64,000 bases of DNA from Owenia fusiformis. Its lineage: Eukaryota. The first letter of the stretch is position 1; the number at the start of each line of letters is the position of its first letter. Below are positions 1 through 13,727 of the stretch, one piece after another. The stretch spans positions 21,452,001-21,516,000 of the forward strand of contig CAIIXF020000001.1 in assembly GCA_903813345.2 (NCBI GenBank), read 5' to 3'. Below the pieces are notes generated by a model. That model had not been told where the DNA came from, made no database searches, and saw only the letters and a list, made by a program, of their open reading frames with translations. The translations under genes and the position numbers were made by a program.

Positions 1-662
1 ATACACTAAAATTAATCCAATAATTTTAGTACAAGAGGAGTATATAATAACAAGAGGAATGGTTTACGCAGTTTATTCAAACGGCTATTACATGAGTATA
101 CCACATATGGATGGTATAAACCAACACAATGCATATATAACACCTCCAGTACACAATAACCAAGAAAATATGGATCCAGTATTTGAACATAGCAACAACA
201 GATGCTTTGAAGAATTACATGCACTGTGTCCGTACATCCATAAAATAATTAATTGTTTGTTTTATGTAACTTGTGTTGCTTACAAAATAAGGGAATAGCC
301 ATATACAAGTAAATGTGTTTTGTATATTATGCATCAACTTATTTGTTAATTTCATTCATGATGTGCACATGGTTTCAACTTATATTGAATAGAAATAATA
401 TGGCTACTCCTTTATAAAATGTTGATTTCAGTTTCCTGTTTATTATTTCCAGCATTATATAGACCATATAGTTAATCAAAAGATATTGTCAGTCGGTTCA
501 AAATCAAATGATTCATGATTTATGTTAAGAAATATATATTTGGCAATATGAGATGATAGTGATGAAAATATGTTTTGTCATAGATCAAAAAATAAATAGA
601 TAAAACTAATAAACTAGTAACTAAAACAATAAACTAATGAAAATATATGTTTCTGTTTTCAG

Positions 663-3600
663 CCCGAATGAATTCTCCTCAAAATAATAGCCAGTTTGGG
701 TCCCAGGGTCACGATCCCATGTTGATGTCCCCTCACAATCAGATGACCTCCCCTCATCAAAAACACTCACCCAGATCCCAGGTCAGCCCCCAGGGCTTGA
801 TGGATCCCTTGGCTGCAGGTAAGCTATTGCACTACTATTCTATTGCATTCATCAAAGTACATGGGAGCAACTGTAATGTATGTTTAATAAGAAAATCAAT
901 GCGTTTATAGATGGCATTACTGAATGGAGAATCATGGGTAAAAGTAAATGTTTCCATATACAGAAATATAAAGCACCATAAAACTTAGAAAATATGTCTG
1001 TGATTGTTTTGCTGTATTAATTTATTGACCCTCTGATGTAACATTGAATATTTTAAAGGAGAAATAACAGTTAACCGTTAACTTTAGAACTCTGGTTTGT
1101 AGCATCTACATATATAGGTATACATTGTTTTCTGTCACATCAGATGCTTGTCATATTTTCCATAAATAAGTATTATGATGTGTGTTATGAACATGTATGA
1201 ATTATGATGCTTGTCATAAACATATTGATGCTTGTCTTTTTATAGGAATGAGTGGGAGGAATATGAATAATTTTGGGCTACAAGGCAGATTTGACCAGCA
1301 GATGTTCGCCGGAAACAATGTTGGCCAACAAAGGTAAGAAACTTTTTGGTATGATATCTCAATGAAGTAAAGTAATAATTAATGTACTTCTTAGATGAGA
1401 GCTGATGTGGAACTCATTTGTTCAAATAGCAGCTTTGCACAATGCATAGATGTATTTTAAAATTTTGCCTTTATGGATAAAGTTTACAATTTTATTGGTT
1501 TTCATATTTTCACATATTACATTCAGACATGTCGATTTTTTCAGTAATCGCAGTATGGGTGTAGGAGGTATGGGCCAGACGGCTCTCACATCATCACAGT
1601 TGGTGAAACAGGAGCTGCAGAAGGCGCTGACTGCCCGCTGCAACCAGAGCCAACAACATATGAGCCTACCCCCCAGTAGCAGTGCCCCCTCCATGAGTGC
1701 TATAAGTGCAATGGATGATGAAATCCCCCAGGATATCATTGACCAAAGTAAGTGAGATGTTAAGAAATAAGTTGGAACACAAAGTCTTGCAGCAAGCCTC
1801 TGTTCTCTCCATAATATCTATATATGTTTTTAGAAAGAGAATGAGGAGAGGTAAGACAAGCTTGATACAAGACTATGAGGTAGTATCTAACCTAAAACTC
1901 TGAAAGACGTAATATGATTAAGCATACTGTATACTGATCTGTCTTTGAATCAGTTCATATCATAGAGTTTGTTTTACATCATAAGGCCATAAGAAGTAGA
2001 TTCTTTGTTTTGCGTCCTGGCAAAATCCAAATCATGCAAGGGTACAAGGAAAACAAACACAAACTCAAGAAAAAACACAAACTTGTTTGCTGAGAAATGT
2101 ATACATTTTATGGGCATATAAAGAGATGACATACAATTTGCAGTGATTGCAAACACATATCTATACATTTTATACAATATATTTAAACATAGCCATTATT
2201 AAAGGGTAAAAAAAGAAAATACTCAATGTATGAGTATGTAATCAGTAATTTTGAAGCACATAAAATTATCTGCCATTTCGTCTGGTTCTGATTGAACGGA
2301 ATGCAATGGTACTTTCAGTCCCTTTTGATTGCTATTTGGATGTGTTTGTTTTTCCTGATTTACTCAAAATCGTGCAAGCAAGGGGACGCAAAACAAAATC
2401 TACTTCTATGGCCTAAGCTATAAATGGTATAAAAATGAAATAAATAAAAAAGTTTTGCAAAATAACAAATGAATAAAGAAGCATGAAAGACAATTAAAAA
2501 CACATTCCAGATAAATGAAAATGAATGAAATAGCCTCACTTGAAAATTATTTTTCAATTGATATTTATTTACTTTTAAAATATTCATCATTCAGATTTTT
2601 ATAAAAATGTTTTTTTTATCTCCATAGTAACTGAGTTGACTCAGCAACAACAGCAACAGCAGAACAATCCTCTGATGGGGGCTGCCGGGGCAACTGTTAC
2701 GTTAGAGGAGTCCAAGGTTGTCAAACAAAAGCGGGAAGAGGCTCATAGAACATTTAAAAAATTCCAGAAATTAGCTGGAGAACGTAAGTATATTGTCCAA
2801 GTACATGTATAGAAATCAGGAAAATGTTGTATACATAAATTATTATAGAAATGAACAGTGGAAGAATTGAATTCAACAGTTAGGCTATAACAGACACTGA
2901 GATTCCTTCATTTGATGAGACTGAAGACACAATTACACAAAGACATGTTTAAACTTTTATGATTAGAATGAATACTTGCTAAATGAAAATTCCGTATTAG
3001 TAGGCTAGCAGGGTAGTTATTGCCATGACCCAAGCATTTGTATGATCTCTGTTGAATCTCATAACATGTATTTACATAATTCAAAAAATGATATGTTGAT
3101 AATTGAGAACATTTATTTAATTGCAGCAAACCAGCCTCAAGCTGCACCCGACTCTGGTGGAGCTATAGCGACCAACTTATTCAGGAACCAACTGATGAGT
3201 GGTGGGGAGGGTGCCTCAGGCAGTCAGAATGTGTCCCTTGTGGCCAAACCTCCTGATAACGTGAATGTAGTGCAAACTGAACCCAGGGTATGTCTATTGT
3301 CTAATGCAACATTTCTAGGTTATCATTAAGAAGTGGTTACATATTGCTGAAGCCACCATTTTTTTGTGGCTGGCATTTTTCTAATCCGTTGATTTTGAAC
3401 TGTAAACTTCAATCTTCCACAATATGGAAATGTCTACTAAAAATTTAATTTTATGGATTATTGGTTCTTTGTTTATGAAAATTATGTAATTTTCATCAGG
3501 GGGACTACATTTAACAATATGTAATGAAAAACTCATATTGTTTGTCAGTTTGTAAAATACTATAATTTGTTTAGTCCTTTAGAAATGATAAACTTGTATC

Positions 3601-3692
3601 ATAAGATTTTCTTTCATTTTTAGACTCCAATTGAGGCCATTAAACCAGCTGATCAGAAAAATAGTTTACTTCAGCAGTTATTGTCTGATTAA
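663..3692 (+). CDS. NCOA: p160 nuclear receptor coactivator (NCOA/SRC/taiman-like), last six coding exons; 5' part lies upstream of the window
   Basis: GT-AG exons 663-818, 1246-1333, 1545-1747 (alternative acceptor 1527), 2628-2783, 3127-3287 and 3624-3692 join in one frame. The product is Q/M/S/P/G-rich and ends ...KPADQKNSLLQQLLSD*, an extreme C-terminal LxxLL box like the KSLLQQLLTE end of SRC-1a. The bHLH-PAS part is not in the window. Confidence 0.75.
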
Positions 3693-4971
3693 TGTAGGAC
3701 AAAACATTAGGAAATATGAAATAGATAAAATGGAGGCGTGATTGAGGATATATAGCTGTAAAATCTATATATTTATATGATGATGAAAGGTTGGTGTGAG
3801 TAGATATCGGAATACATATGACTAAATATGTATTTCAACCTGGATACGCTCAATGTAATGGATTAACAAATAACAGACTAATTCTATACCTGGAATTCGT
3901 AGGAATTACAAATTTTAAGGAATTGCAGTGAAGATTACATTCAGTATGGTGTTATGTTGATTTTAGAAAGCCATCATTGGAAAATATTCTTCAAACTTGC
4001 CATTTTATGAAAGGAATAACAGGAGATTTTTTCAGTTTTGCTTGTTTAGTATGTTTAACATAAGAGAAGCGTGTGACTGCGAGTGATATAATATGTGCTC
4101 CATTTCAAGCAACACACACATTCATTGACGACAAAGTGAAATCATGTACACCGCTGGTATCAGAGTGAAAAACTAGACTCCAGATTGTCAAAGTTTATTG
4201 AAAATATCATAGGATTCCAGCTGGAAGTTGGGAGAAATTATGGGATAAAAGTAGAGCGTGAAGTGTATGATAGAGAAATATGGACTGTGTACCCGATTGT
4301 GTATATTGTATATTTTGTAAATAGACGAAGTTCCTCGGCACAAAAATGATATTTAAGTCAAACGAGAGCAGAGATAATGATTTATTTTTATTGTTGATCC
4401 AGTTATATTATAAATAAATATAAATGTATACAGATATATGTACAGTACATATAGGTGAAATGACATATTGTAAGAAACCTTTATAAGGTGTACACTTTGT
4501 AAATGATTTCATAAATGTTTTAGTATAGCGCTACTAATGTGTACCCTACACATGTGCTATATCACATAGTTACTATCTTAGAAAGAACTGTGATTATCTG
4601 TGGGTTTGGCGATACAATGGTCATTTTGATTTTGAAATCATTTGCGGAACACTTGTACATTGAGATATATAGCTTCAAGCAATCTATTAGAGTTCACCTT
4701 TGACACATATAAACAAACTTGTAACAAATGAAAGCATAAAGGTATATTGTTGATCTACAGAATTTAACTTTAAAAGTATTATGTAGATAAAAATGAATTA
4801 AACAATCTTTGTTGGAGAGAAGCAAATTCTAAATGACAGAAAGATATAATAGATTTATGGAATCACTTTATTTTTGAATGGTTGGATAATTTGCATTTTA
4901 TTATAATTTTGTGCTGTTCATTCTCTGTGGTGTTTCCCTTTTTTTTTGGAACTGGCAGTAGATTCATACAC

Positions 4972-5330
4972 CTGAACTGTACTGAACTGTACTGTGCTGT
5001 ACTGTACTGTACTGAACTGTACTGTGCTGTACTGAACTGTACTGTAGTAAACTGTACTGAACTGTACTGTGCTGTACTGTGCTGTACTGTACTGAACTGT
5101 ACTGTACTGAACTGTACTGTGCTGTACTGTACTGAACTGTACTGTAGTAAACTGTACTGAACTGTACTGTGCTGTGCTGTACTGAACTGTATTGTAGTAA
5201 CTGTACTGTACTGTACTGTACTGTACTGTACTGTACTGTACTGTACTGTACTGTACTGTACTGTACTGTACTGAACTGTACTGTACTGCACTGTGCTGTA
5301 CTGTTCTGTACTTTGCTGTGGTTTACTGTA
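4972..5330. repeat. Pentanucleotide microsatellite (CTGTA)n with CTGAA/CTGTG variants
   Basis: Directly visible. It produces the spurious STVQY and YCTEL ORFs. Confidence 0.97.
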
Positions 5331-6020
5331 CCCCATACTTAAACTGCTCTGTAGTAACTCAGTGATCTTCCCAGCATTGAAACAACTGACACTGTACCCA
5401 GTTGAGATTATTAATAACCCAGCACCCAGTTGAAGCTACCCATGAAATGTTTGGGACATGTTTAAGTCCGATTCAGAGGTCATATTGAAAAGAATTCTGG
5501 GGAGAACACTGACAATATATACATAAACATATACTAATATGAGATGATAGCCATGTACAAAATGTCATTCTGTGTTATTAAATCTTCCCATGAAAGGAAA
5601 AATCAAGAATATGGCAAAAACTGTTTACAATTAAGTGCAAATGAAATATCATGTAGAAATTCTAGCTCTGATCTTGAGAGAAAATCCTTATTAAGGGCTT
5701 GACTACTGCTCAGTGTGACATTTAGTATTTGACTAATTTTTCTCATGAAGAATGTGATCCTATGTAATATCATGCCTCAGGAAGCTCAATATTGTACATA
5801 AAGCAGGGATTGAAGAAGTTGAGTACAATACACTGTTGAGTACAATATACTGTTGACTACAATTTAATGAGTACAATACACTTTTGAGTACAATACACAA
5901 ATTAATGCTGAGTACAATGCAGGTTGAGTATGATTCAGTGTAAAGTACAATTCAATGTTATACAATACAGCATTGAGTAAAAATCCTTTTTGATTACAAT
6001 GCAATGTTGAGCACAATGCA

Positions 6021-6405
6021 TTTTTATCCCACTGAACGAAGTTTCAGTGGGATACAGAAAAGCCTTCCATCTATGCGTTTGTTCATCTGTCTGTGCTTGG
6101 CTTAGAAACTGAATGAGTTGCTATTTGTCATAATAAATGTGATTGTTGATAACTTCTGTCAATGCATTTGGTTCATATATCAGATGCTGAAGCCTTTAGG
6201 GCCTTTGCTTTAGGGCTTAATTTCTGATAACTCAATTACCAGTTCAGAAATTTGATCCAAATTTGATAGGCTCTACTCAAGAACAATTTCAAGAAGGATG
6301 CTTTACTGCCTGGTAATTCTATCATGAAATGTAAAGAAATTATGAGGAATTTTGAAAAAATATATTTTATTTGGTGGGATTTGCTACTCTGAGTTGGCTG
6401 TTTTT
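6021..6405 (+). mobile_element. Degenerate Helentron-associated (HINE/DINE-like) non-autonomous element
   Basis: A T-run is followed by the 12-bp perfect stem TATCCCACTGAA-cgaagt-TTCAGTGGGATA (6025-6054) and a decayed CTGT-type microsatellite, with GTGGGAT recurring near 6375. The right boundary is approximate. Confidence 0.45.
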
Positions 6406-7619
6406 GAATATGGTATATACAGTACTACCACATTGTTTTACACAATGCACTTGAATTCAATGTAGACTATGAAATACAATGTTGATTACAATACAATGTT
6501 GACTACAATACATTGTTGATACAATGTTGATTACAATACAATGTTGATACGTACGTACAATATGTTGTAAGTATGAAACAGAACTGTAAAATGCTGTTAA
6601 AATGCATTTATTTGTCACTTTTCCCCATATTTTTGATTGCTCACAAAAGCTTACTTGCACGAGTTCTTGTAAAAATAGCATATGATAGGTGTCCCCTTCC
6701 CCTGAAAGGTTCCAGACTTCAACTATGTCCAACAGTTTGAAATAACCTGATCTAAAAATCATTAGGTTAGTGTAAGGTACAACACAGTATTCTTGTCAGT
6801 TGCTCAAATGTCCATATAACTTATAGAAATGTATAAAGGTTCATATAGACTGGTATCCTTGTAGTCAAGACATTTTGACCTCAGCGTGGATTGATTCCAA
6901 TGATCTCCCCAGGATCTTTTCGAAACAGGGTGCTAAGTCTTAATTTTTACCTGATTTGGACTCAAACTTCTCAATTTTTCATCCTTTTGACAGTCACAGG
7001 ATGCAAACAAATTTTCAACAAGTTGGTATGTGATTTCAAACATGGCTTGGCATCCAGTAGCACTATTGCTGGAGAGATCACTGTCACATGCATAATTAGT
7101 GAACTGGTCATACTTTTATGCTTGGTTTGCATGTTAAATAATGATCAGTGTTTTATGTGTATTATCAGGTGCACCAGTCATATTGATATTCTCATCAACA
7201 CTTGTGGAAAGTTGGAAACCATTGCATATACATCACCTCTTAAATTATGGATGGCTATTGGCTAAGAAGAAATGAGCAAAATTGTGTCAGGCATGCGTAC
7301 CATATTGAAATTGTTTATAACCAGATGCAGTATATATCCAGCCAGTTACAGTAATTTTAGTTCAGTCCTCAGATAGATTACTGCTGACCTTCAAACTGAA
7401 AGTTAAAAAAATTCAATATTTTTTATAGCGGATACTGTACACTCATTTACAACATCATATAATGATCACACATTCTGTCAGCACACTTTTATGGATAAAT
7501 CTTTGAAACCAATCGGTTTCTGAATTTTTTATTGTCAAAATGGTGATGTTATCATTATTTTAGGGGTTTTCCTGTACAAATAATGTAAATAAGAGATGCT
7601 ACATTTATTTTGTAAATAA

Positions 7620-7980
7620 GAGATATGACTATTCTATTTGCAGGCTCGTATGTTGGCTACGACATATGACTACTTTGTTAGCAGGTTCATATGTTGGCCA
7701 AGACATGACTACCTTGTTTGCAGGTTCATATTCATATGTTGGCTGTAACATATGACTACTTTATTAGCAGGTTCATATGTTGGCTATAACATATGACTAC
7801 TTTGTTAGCAGGTTGATATGTTGGCTATAACATATGACTACTTTGTTAGCAGGTTAATATGTTGGCTATAACATATGACTTCTTTCTTAGCAGGTTCATT
7901 TGTTGGCTATGACATATGACTACCTTGTTAGCAGGTTCATACGTTGGCTTTAACATATGACTACTTTATTAGCAGGTTCA
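7620..7980. repeat. 41-bp minisatellite, about 9 copies
   Basis: Unit approximately CATATGACTACTTTGTTAGCAGGTTCATATGTTGGCTATAA. Confidence 0.92.
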
Positions 7981-8682
7981 GTTTAATGGCTATACTTCTT
8001 GGATGGTTAAGGCTACAACCTGTTTGCAACACTTATTCATTTAAGATGTGGCCTTAGTTCCTTCAAGAAATGTGGAAGTAATAAAAGAAGACAAAATATT
8101 ATTGAAATACTGAACTAGTTTTTTTGTGGTAGGGTAATGTCGTTTCTGTATACAGAAGGCTCATGGATTATTGTAAACCTGTTTTTGTTTTATGGTTACC
8201 ATTTTGCGTAATATGGCTGTATCTCGATGTTCTGAATTGTTGCATAACAGTCTTTGTACACTGATGTTAAGGCTTATACAGTAAATTTTCATGTGCATCA
8301 TTCCATTGAGATAATCCCAATTTGAAATTAAAACAATTCTTCATATACATTTACAAATGCCTTTACATAATTTGTTATACAAAATAAGCGCTACATTTAT
8401 ATTGAAAATTAATTTTACACATCCTTGAACTTATTTAAAATGTTCATCAAATTTATTCATTCTAAAGATATACATGTGTATCATTATAGCAGCATTGTAA
8501 AACTCTTTATTTCTATTCATTTTACGGGTGTACATCTTTTTGTAAAACACTTAAAAGAGAATTGAATTTGCAAGCTTTGAATTGATGTTCAACAGATGTA
8601 GTTGTATATGGCAATAAAATGACCTTAAATGTATAAAACAGTATTTAGTGTTATCTGTTCATGTATTTGTTATACAAATTAA

Positions 8683-9028
8683 AGGTGCAACAATTAGTGC
8701 AGGGGGCCATTCAACGATCATCGATCAGTGTCAAAATATATTTAAGTTTGGACATTTCATCAAGACTAACATATATTTTCATAATCTACAAAGAAACCCC
8801 CTGGATGAACATTATTTCAGCTGATATTCCTCTTGAAACGCGGCGGATCTTAAAAATCTATAAGTGGGATTCCCTTTATAGAAGCTTTGAACTGAATTTA
8901 CACTTCTTAATGCTGAAATTGATAGTTTATACAAACATTTAAGAAAATAGGTTTGTCAAAGAAGGTGTTAATATTAACCCGATAGCTCAGAAAAAATTAA
9001 AATTTTCTCTACAGTCCTTGGTGCCCCT
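8683..9028. mobile_element. MITE flanked by TTAA with AGG termini (Kolobok-like)
   Basis: TTAA|AGGTGCAACAA ... TTGGTGCCCCT|TTAA, a 9/11 inverted match. Confidence 0.5.
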
Positions 9029-9037
9029 TTAAATATA

Positions 9038-9216
9038 CAGTGAAACTTGTCTTAGTTAAACCTCTCTCTAGTGAACATGTGTGTCTTGTGAACACCCCTT
9101 CTTAGCACATACTCCACTGACTTCTGTATAAAATTGCCTCTCTGTAGTGAACACCTACCTACAATGAACACATTTTTGTGACTCCATAGGTGTTCACCAT
9201 ACACAGGTTATACCTG
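9038..9216. mobile_element. TA-flanked MITE (CAGTGAAAC...GTT-TAC-TG type) with internal GTGAACAC sub-repeats; dispersed family
   Basis: TA|CAGTGAAACTTGT ... ACAGGTTATACCTG|TA. Related pieces lie at about 35840-35890, 58890-59000, 61945-62105, 63181-63282 and 63525-63590. Confidence 0.55.
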
Positions 9217-9811
9217 TACATAAATTTTATGTATTTGGGACCACTATGTTGGAGTCAATATTTGGGTATCGTCCCTTCCATATATGAAGTGAATCATTCT
9301 TTGATTCATTGAGAATATAATTTCTACGTAATGACATCATGTCATATTTGAAAAAGTTTAAGGGCGCCGCAATGAAGATTACCAAATTTTCAAATACACA
9401 AACCAGGATGTACAAATGATATAGTTATAGTCTAATCAGTTCTAACCTTTCGTAGGTAGAAATATCCCTGAAAATTTCAGATGAACTGCTATAACAGTTT
9501 TGCTGGAAACCTGTACAGTGTAATGACCCATGATCCTCTTTGATGAACAAACGCAAATAATTCATTGTTTTAGAGTACAATCTCATATTTTATTCATGGT
9601 CATTGTTTATAATTAAAACAAGAATATAAATACTGTACATTATTTTACAATATTGAAATTAATAATGTTATTGCCCAGAGTTTGACAATTTTAGAATTAA
9701 AAATGTAAAATAAATTCATGATTTGATTGTTCACTTTATCAATATGTTCATAATCGACAGATGATAACCTCATAAATAAATCCCCCCCAAGTGCCTACTG
9801 CCTAATGTTTG

Positions 9812-12800
9812 TCAAATGTCTATAATGACGAATACTTCATGTTGGTCTTCTTTATCATAAATCTGCATATTGCTGTATGTGATGGCTTTTACTTCAGTTC
9901 CCTGAAACAACACAATATCAATAATGTTGTGTATTGTTATATGATAGTTTTCACTTAAAAAATGTTTTTCACATAGATTCTAACATTTGACATCTTCACT
10001 TATTTCTGACATCATTAGAATTTGTTATGTTAACCCATGCAATAATGACTTGACGCTCTCATCATTTTTCAATCCACTTATTCATCGTAGTTTTTTTTTG
10101 ACTAATGGCTTATTTCTTAAAATCATGCACAACACATGGTTAGGGCTACTCATATAGAGTAAAGTCGAAAGCTCAAAAGGCAGATAAATATACAAGCTTC
10201 AAGTTCTGAAACCTGTGGAAATTTCAACTCACTTTATAAATCACAACACAATGTAAATGAAATGAACAGGGCACAGATATGAACAGGGCACAGATATGAA
10301 CAGGGCACTTACTTGTGGGTGCTTGTCAAGATCAAATTCTTCTCCATAACTGCAAATAAGCAAATAAAGGATAATTGTGATGAATCTCTCCCACATGTAT
10401 CCCTAATATGGGCATAACAGATGCATATCTAATAAGAGAAAGATCCTAGGCATAAAGGTTTCATGCCATTTTTAGTTATATGTACATAAATTCTTATCAT
10501 TGTGATGTTTTTGTCTAAAGTGGTTGTTTAACAAATGGTAAATGATAATTTAGAAATTATAAAATTGTTAATAACGATATATATAGCGTGTGTCCATGGA
10601 ATTCAAAAACTTACCAAGTTGCTTTTATTGTAAAGTTCTCTTTATTAAACTCATTTATTCTGACTTTCTGCAACAACAAAAAACATTAATTAAAAATTTT
10701 CACAGATATCTCAGTCAAACCAATCAACTTTAATGATATACTGCATGGCAACTTTAGATGTATATGGATATAATGTTTAGGGAGGTCTAGGATATCAGAT
10801 ATATCCCTAGAAAGGGCCAAATGATATCAGTTTCATGATACTGGTACTAATTGGCATTAACACTCAGTGTATATAGTTTGCCTTCTTAATTTTTTTAAAA
10901 CTACAAATGTTTAAACATATAACAATTACTGAATGGCACCTATGCAATGCTGCATTAGTACATACAGTATAGCAATATGTTTAACATCATGGACTTAACC
11001 ATACTTTACAAACTTACTTTGACTATAAAATATGGATCACAGCTGAATACAAAGAGACATTCATCAAGGAATTGGAATAGTAGTCCTGCCATATCATCCG
11101 CTAAAATGAAACATTTAAATGGTTTATATACAAGACTTAATATCATATGTGAATCACAATTAATTAGAACAATTGATTTACTGGTCTATAATCGAGTATG
11201 TATGACCACTTTTCTCAAATTAAAAGTGAGTCAAGTAGGACTCTTGTTCTCGATTTCTCAATACAGGACTCAAACCATAAGGAAGAATTAAGGAACAAAG
11301 TGGATGAAGTTTGGAACCATGCAGTCAATGGATGAATGGACTTAACAATAAAAAGAACAAGAGAAATTCAATTATAAAGAAACTGTAGATTCTAAAATCA
11401 TCCATGATATAAAGTGTTATAATTACACTAACAAGAAGCTTCGATTTCTTTTTTGTCCACCATGTCGACTGTGTTGAGTTCTGTCATATAACCAAACATT
11501 GAGACTGCACACTGGAATTCAGAAATATTCATCAAATATCAAATACAAGTACAATGCATGGTAACCACAATTAACAATATTTTCCAGAAATAGCCAGGAC
11601 CTGGTATGCATTGGCACATTTGACCAATCAGAATGCAGTATAACCGTGAGTAAACACACACGTAGGCTTAAAATTAATTTACGGTAAAGTGTACCATATA
11701 TTATATTTTAATATCAAAATGTAACTACATATTTTTGTTTCATTATGCACAAGCAATTTAAGTAGCTACCAACTTCATTTTTACATTACAGCTAGATACA
11801 TTAGGATCCCCCATGTTGTTGCATAGTAGAGCTGGGGATTAATACAGTATTTTTCTCTAAAACTGAGCAACAGCATTTTTATTTTCCCTCATTGGATAGT
11901 AATATAACTAAGTATTTGTAGTAATTTTTGTTACTAAAATATAAAAAATGTCACAAGTGTAAAATCCCAAAATGTCGGATATATATGCTCTATAACACAA
12001 CTGTGAATTTTTATAAATATATTTTATGTACCTGCTCAAAAGCTTCTTTTAAGTCATCACCCCAAGCATGCAGCCTAAAATATACAAAATCGTTGAATAT
12101 TTTTGTTTTTGAACAAATCCTACACGTTTTACTTTATTATTAGTCTAATAGCATAAAATATCAATAATTTTTATTAGATCAAATGAAAACAAAAATTGAG
12201 GTATAAATAAATTTGTTCAATTTGGCAATAAAAATTTTGAAATTTCTGAAGCTTGATATTTCCTTTATTTGTTTGCCTCTAGTTCGATCTTCAATTTGAT
12301 AATGTTTATCATATACAAATTGGATGGGATGGTTACCCACACACTTTGCTTTAGACTTAGAACTTGGAACATAAGGAAACGATTTCTAAGATATTTCAAT
12401 TTAATTTCTTTTCTACCTTTTTGTATGGGATATTTTTCAAATGATTACATGTACACTCATAATAGTAAATGCTGTTGTTTCAATAATGTTCCAATCTGAA
12501 GGCTTGTGCAAGATCCATTATTGATTTTACATCCAGTCATCAATCTCTTAAATATGCAAAACCTTCATATCAAATAGGACCAAAATACAGAACATTGCCT
12601 ATAAGAAACTTACTGTACATCAGCTGTGTGATCAAGATCTGAAATATCAAAAAAACAGCAAGTCAGTTGTGAATGGGAATCAAATTCTAACTTTGGGATG
12701 ATCAAACTTCTGACATGTTGAAATAATAAACTAATAATAAATATGAAAAAAGATTTAAAGAGAAGTTTAGATCTACCATCAGGCTATCTCTATCTTTTAG

Positions 12801-13494
12801 TTTCTTTCAGTTTTGATTGGTCGAGAATATTCATTTAGTGGCAATCTAAAGTAGGCTATGGGAAACCAATAGCTAGCCAATATGGGTATTACAATGACCA
12901 TCCTGTTATAATGGGATATCTGGAACATGCAACGTGAAAAGCTATTGGCACCTGACATGATTAGGTGGCCCTTAGGTGACAAAACCCAATTCCTATAGCC
13001 ATAGGCTCTGTTTAATAATCAGATTGGATGAACAACATAGAAACTATAAAATTAAGATATACGCATGCTACAAAAAGGTCGATTGATTGATGAACGAGGA
13101 GTTACATACATGTAGATAGACTAGGATCGAACAGAATCATTACCCAAATACACAGTGCTCACCATAAATAAATGACACATCCAGACTTTAAAGTATGAAG
13201 TTTCAAATCGCCATGGTCTGGAAATGGTGATAGAATACCCAAGTGTCATTTATTTATGGTGAGCACTTTATGTTGCCAAAACATTGTGAAATAAACACTC
13301 TGGCCTGGGCGATAATGCCTGGAATTACTTTTAACTATAGGTTTTTGGAAATTCTCCTTGACACATTAATTTAATACATTGGATTCATGAAGAACCCCAG
13401 TTGAAGAACATATACTTCTTGTTTTATGGTACTCACATTCGTATTTACACTCGTCAGTCGCCAAATACTCCGGATCATTTTCAGAGCAAGACAT
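9812..13494 (-). CDS. ZBTB8OS: Archease (RtcB tRNA-ligase cofactor), 8 exons, 155 aa
   Basis: Exons 13494-13437, 12638-12614, 12074-12032, 11511-11433, 11100-11018, 10667-10615, 10349-10313 and 9901-9812 are all GT-AG and phase-consistent. Translation: MSCSENDPEYLATDECKYEYLDHTADVQLHAWGDDLKEAFEQCAVSMFGYMT...YGEEFDLDKHPQGTEVKAITYSNMQIYDKEDQHEVFVIIDI*. It has the archease motifs DHTAD, EVKAITY and terminal IIDI. The ORF track misses it because the exons are small. Confidence 0.96.
10262..10308. repeat. 17-bp tandem repeat, about 3 copies, next to an archease splice donor
   Basis: ATGAACAGGGCACAGAT repeated. Confidence 0.85.
13154..13267. mobile_element. Small hairpin MITE with 25-bp perfect inverted arms in archease intron 1
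   Basis: AGTGCTCACCATAAATAAATGACAC (13154-13178) pairs with GTGTCATTTATTTATGGTGAGCACT (13243-13267). A related copy lies at about 14686-14860. Confidence 0.7.
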
Positions 13495-13727
13495 TTTTGA
13501 AGAATTGATCTAAATTTCAGCATGGAATGAGTAAAATATTGACAGTCATCGAAAAGTCTAGAATTTGTTTTATGAGCAATTATTAAATGACAATTAACAA
13601 AAAATGACGAAAATCAATCTAATTATAATTAATAGCAAAGTGTGTGTATTTTGTATGTACTATCGTAATATATATTCGAGTAATTCCGTTTAGATTTTAC
13701 ATTATAGTTTCACATCAGCAAAACAAA
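13495..13727. promoter_or_regulatory. Putative bidirectional promoter and 5'UTRs shared by archease and IQCC
   Basis: The divergent start codons are 233 bp apart. CpG is locally less depleted. A YY1-like CAAAATGGCG overlaps the IQCC ATG (13724-13733). Confidence 0.7.

Noticed and set aside
59..298. 79-aa ORF as another NCOA exon
   Set aside because: No convincing flanking splice sites or matching composition; left unassigned.
4863..5336. 157-aa STVQY-repeat ORF and the opposite-strand YCTEL ORF
   Set aside because: Both are translations of the (CTGTA)n microsatellite.
6891..7265. 124-aa ORF downstream of NCOA
   Set aside because: It has a non-ATG start, no recognisable domain and no splice support; probably a chance ORF.
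11433..11463. MVDKKEIEAS as the start of a small gene
   Set aside because: It is an internal Met of archease exon 4; the upstream exons with DHTAD were found.
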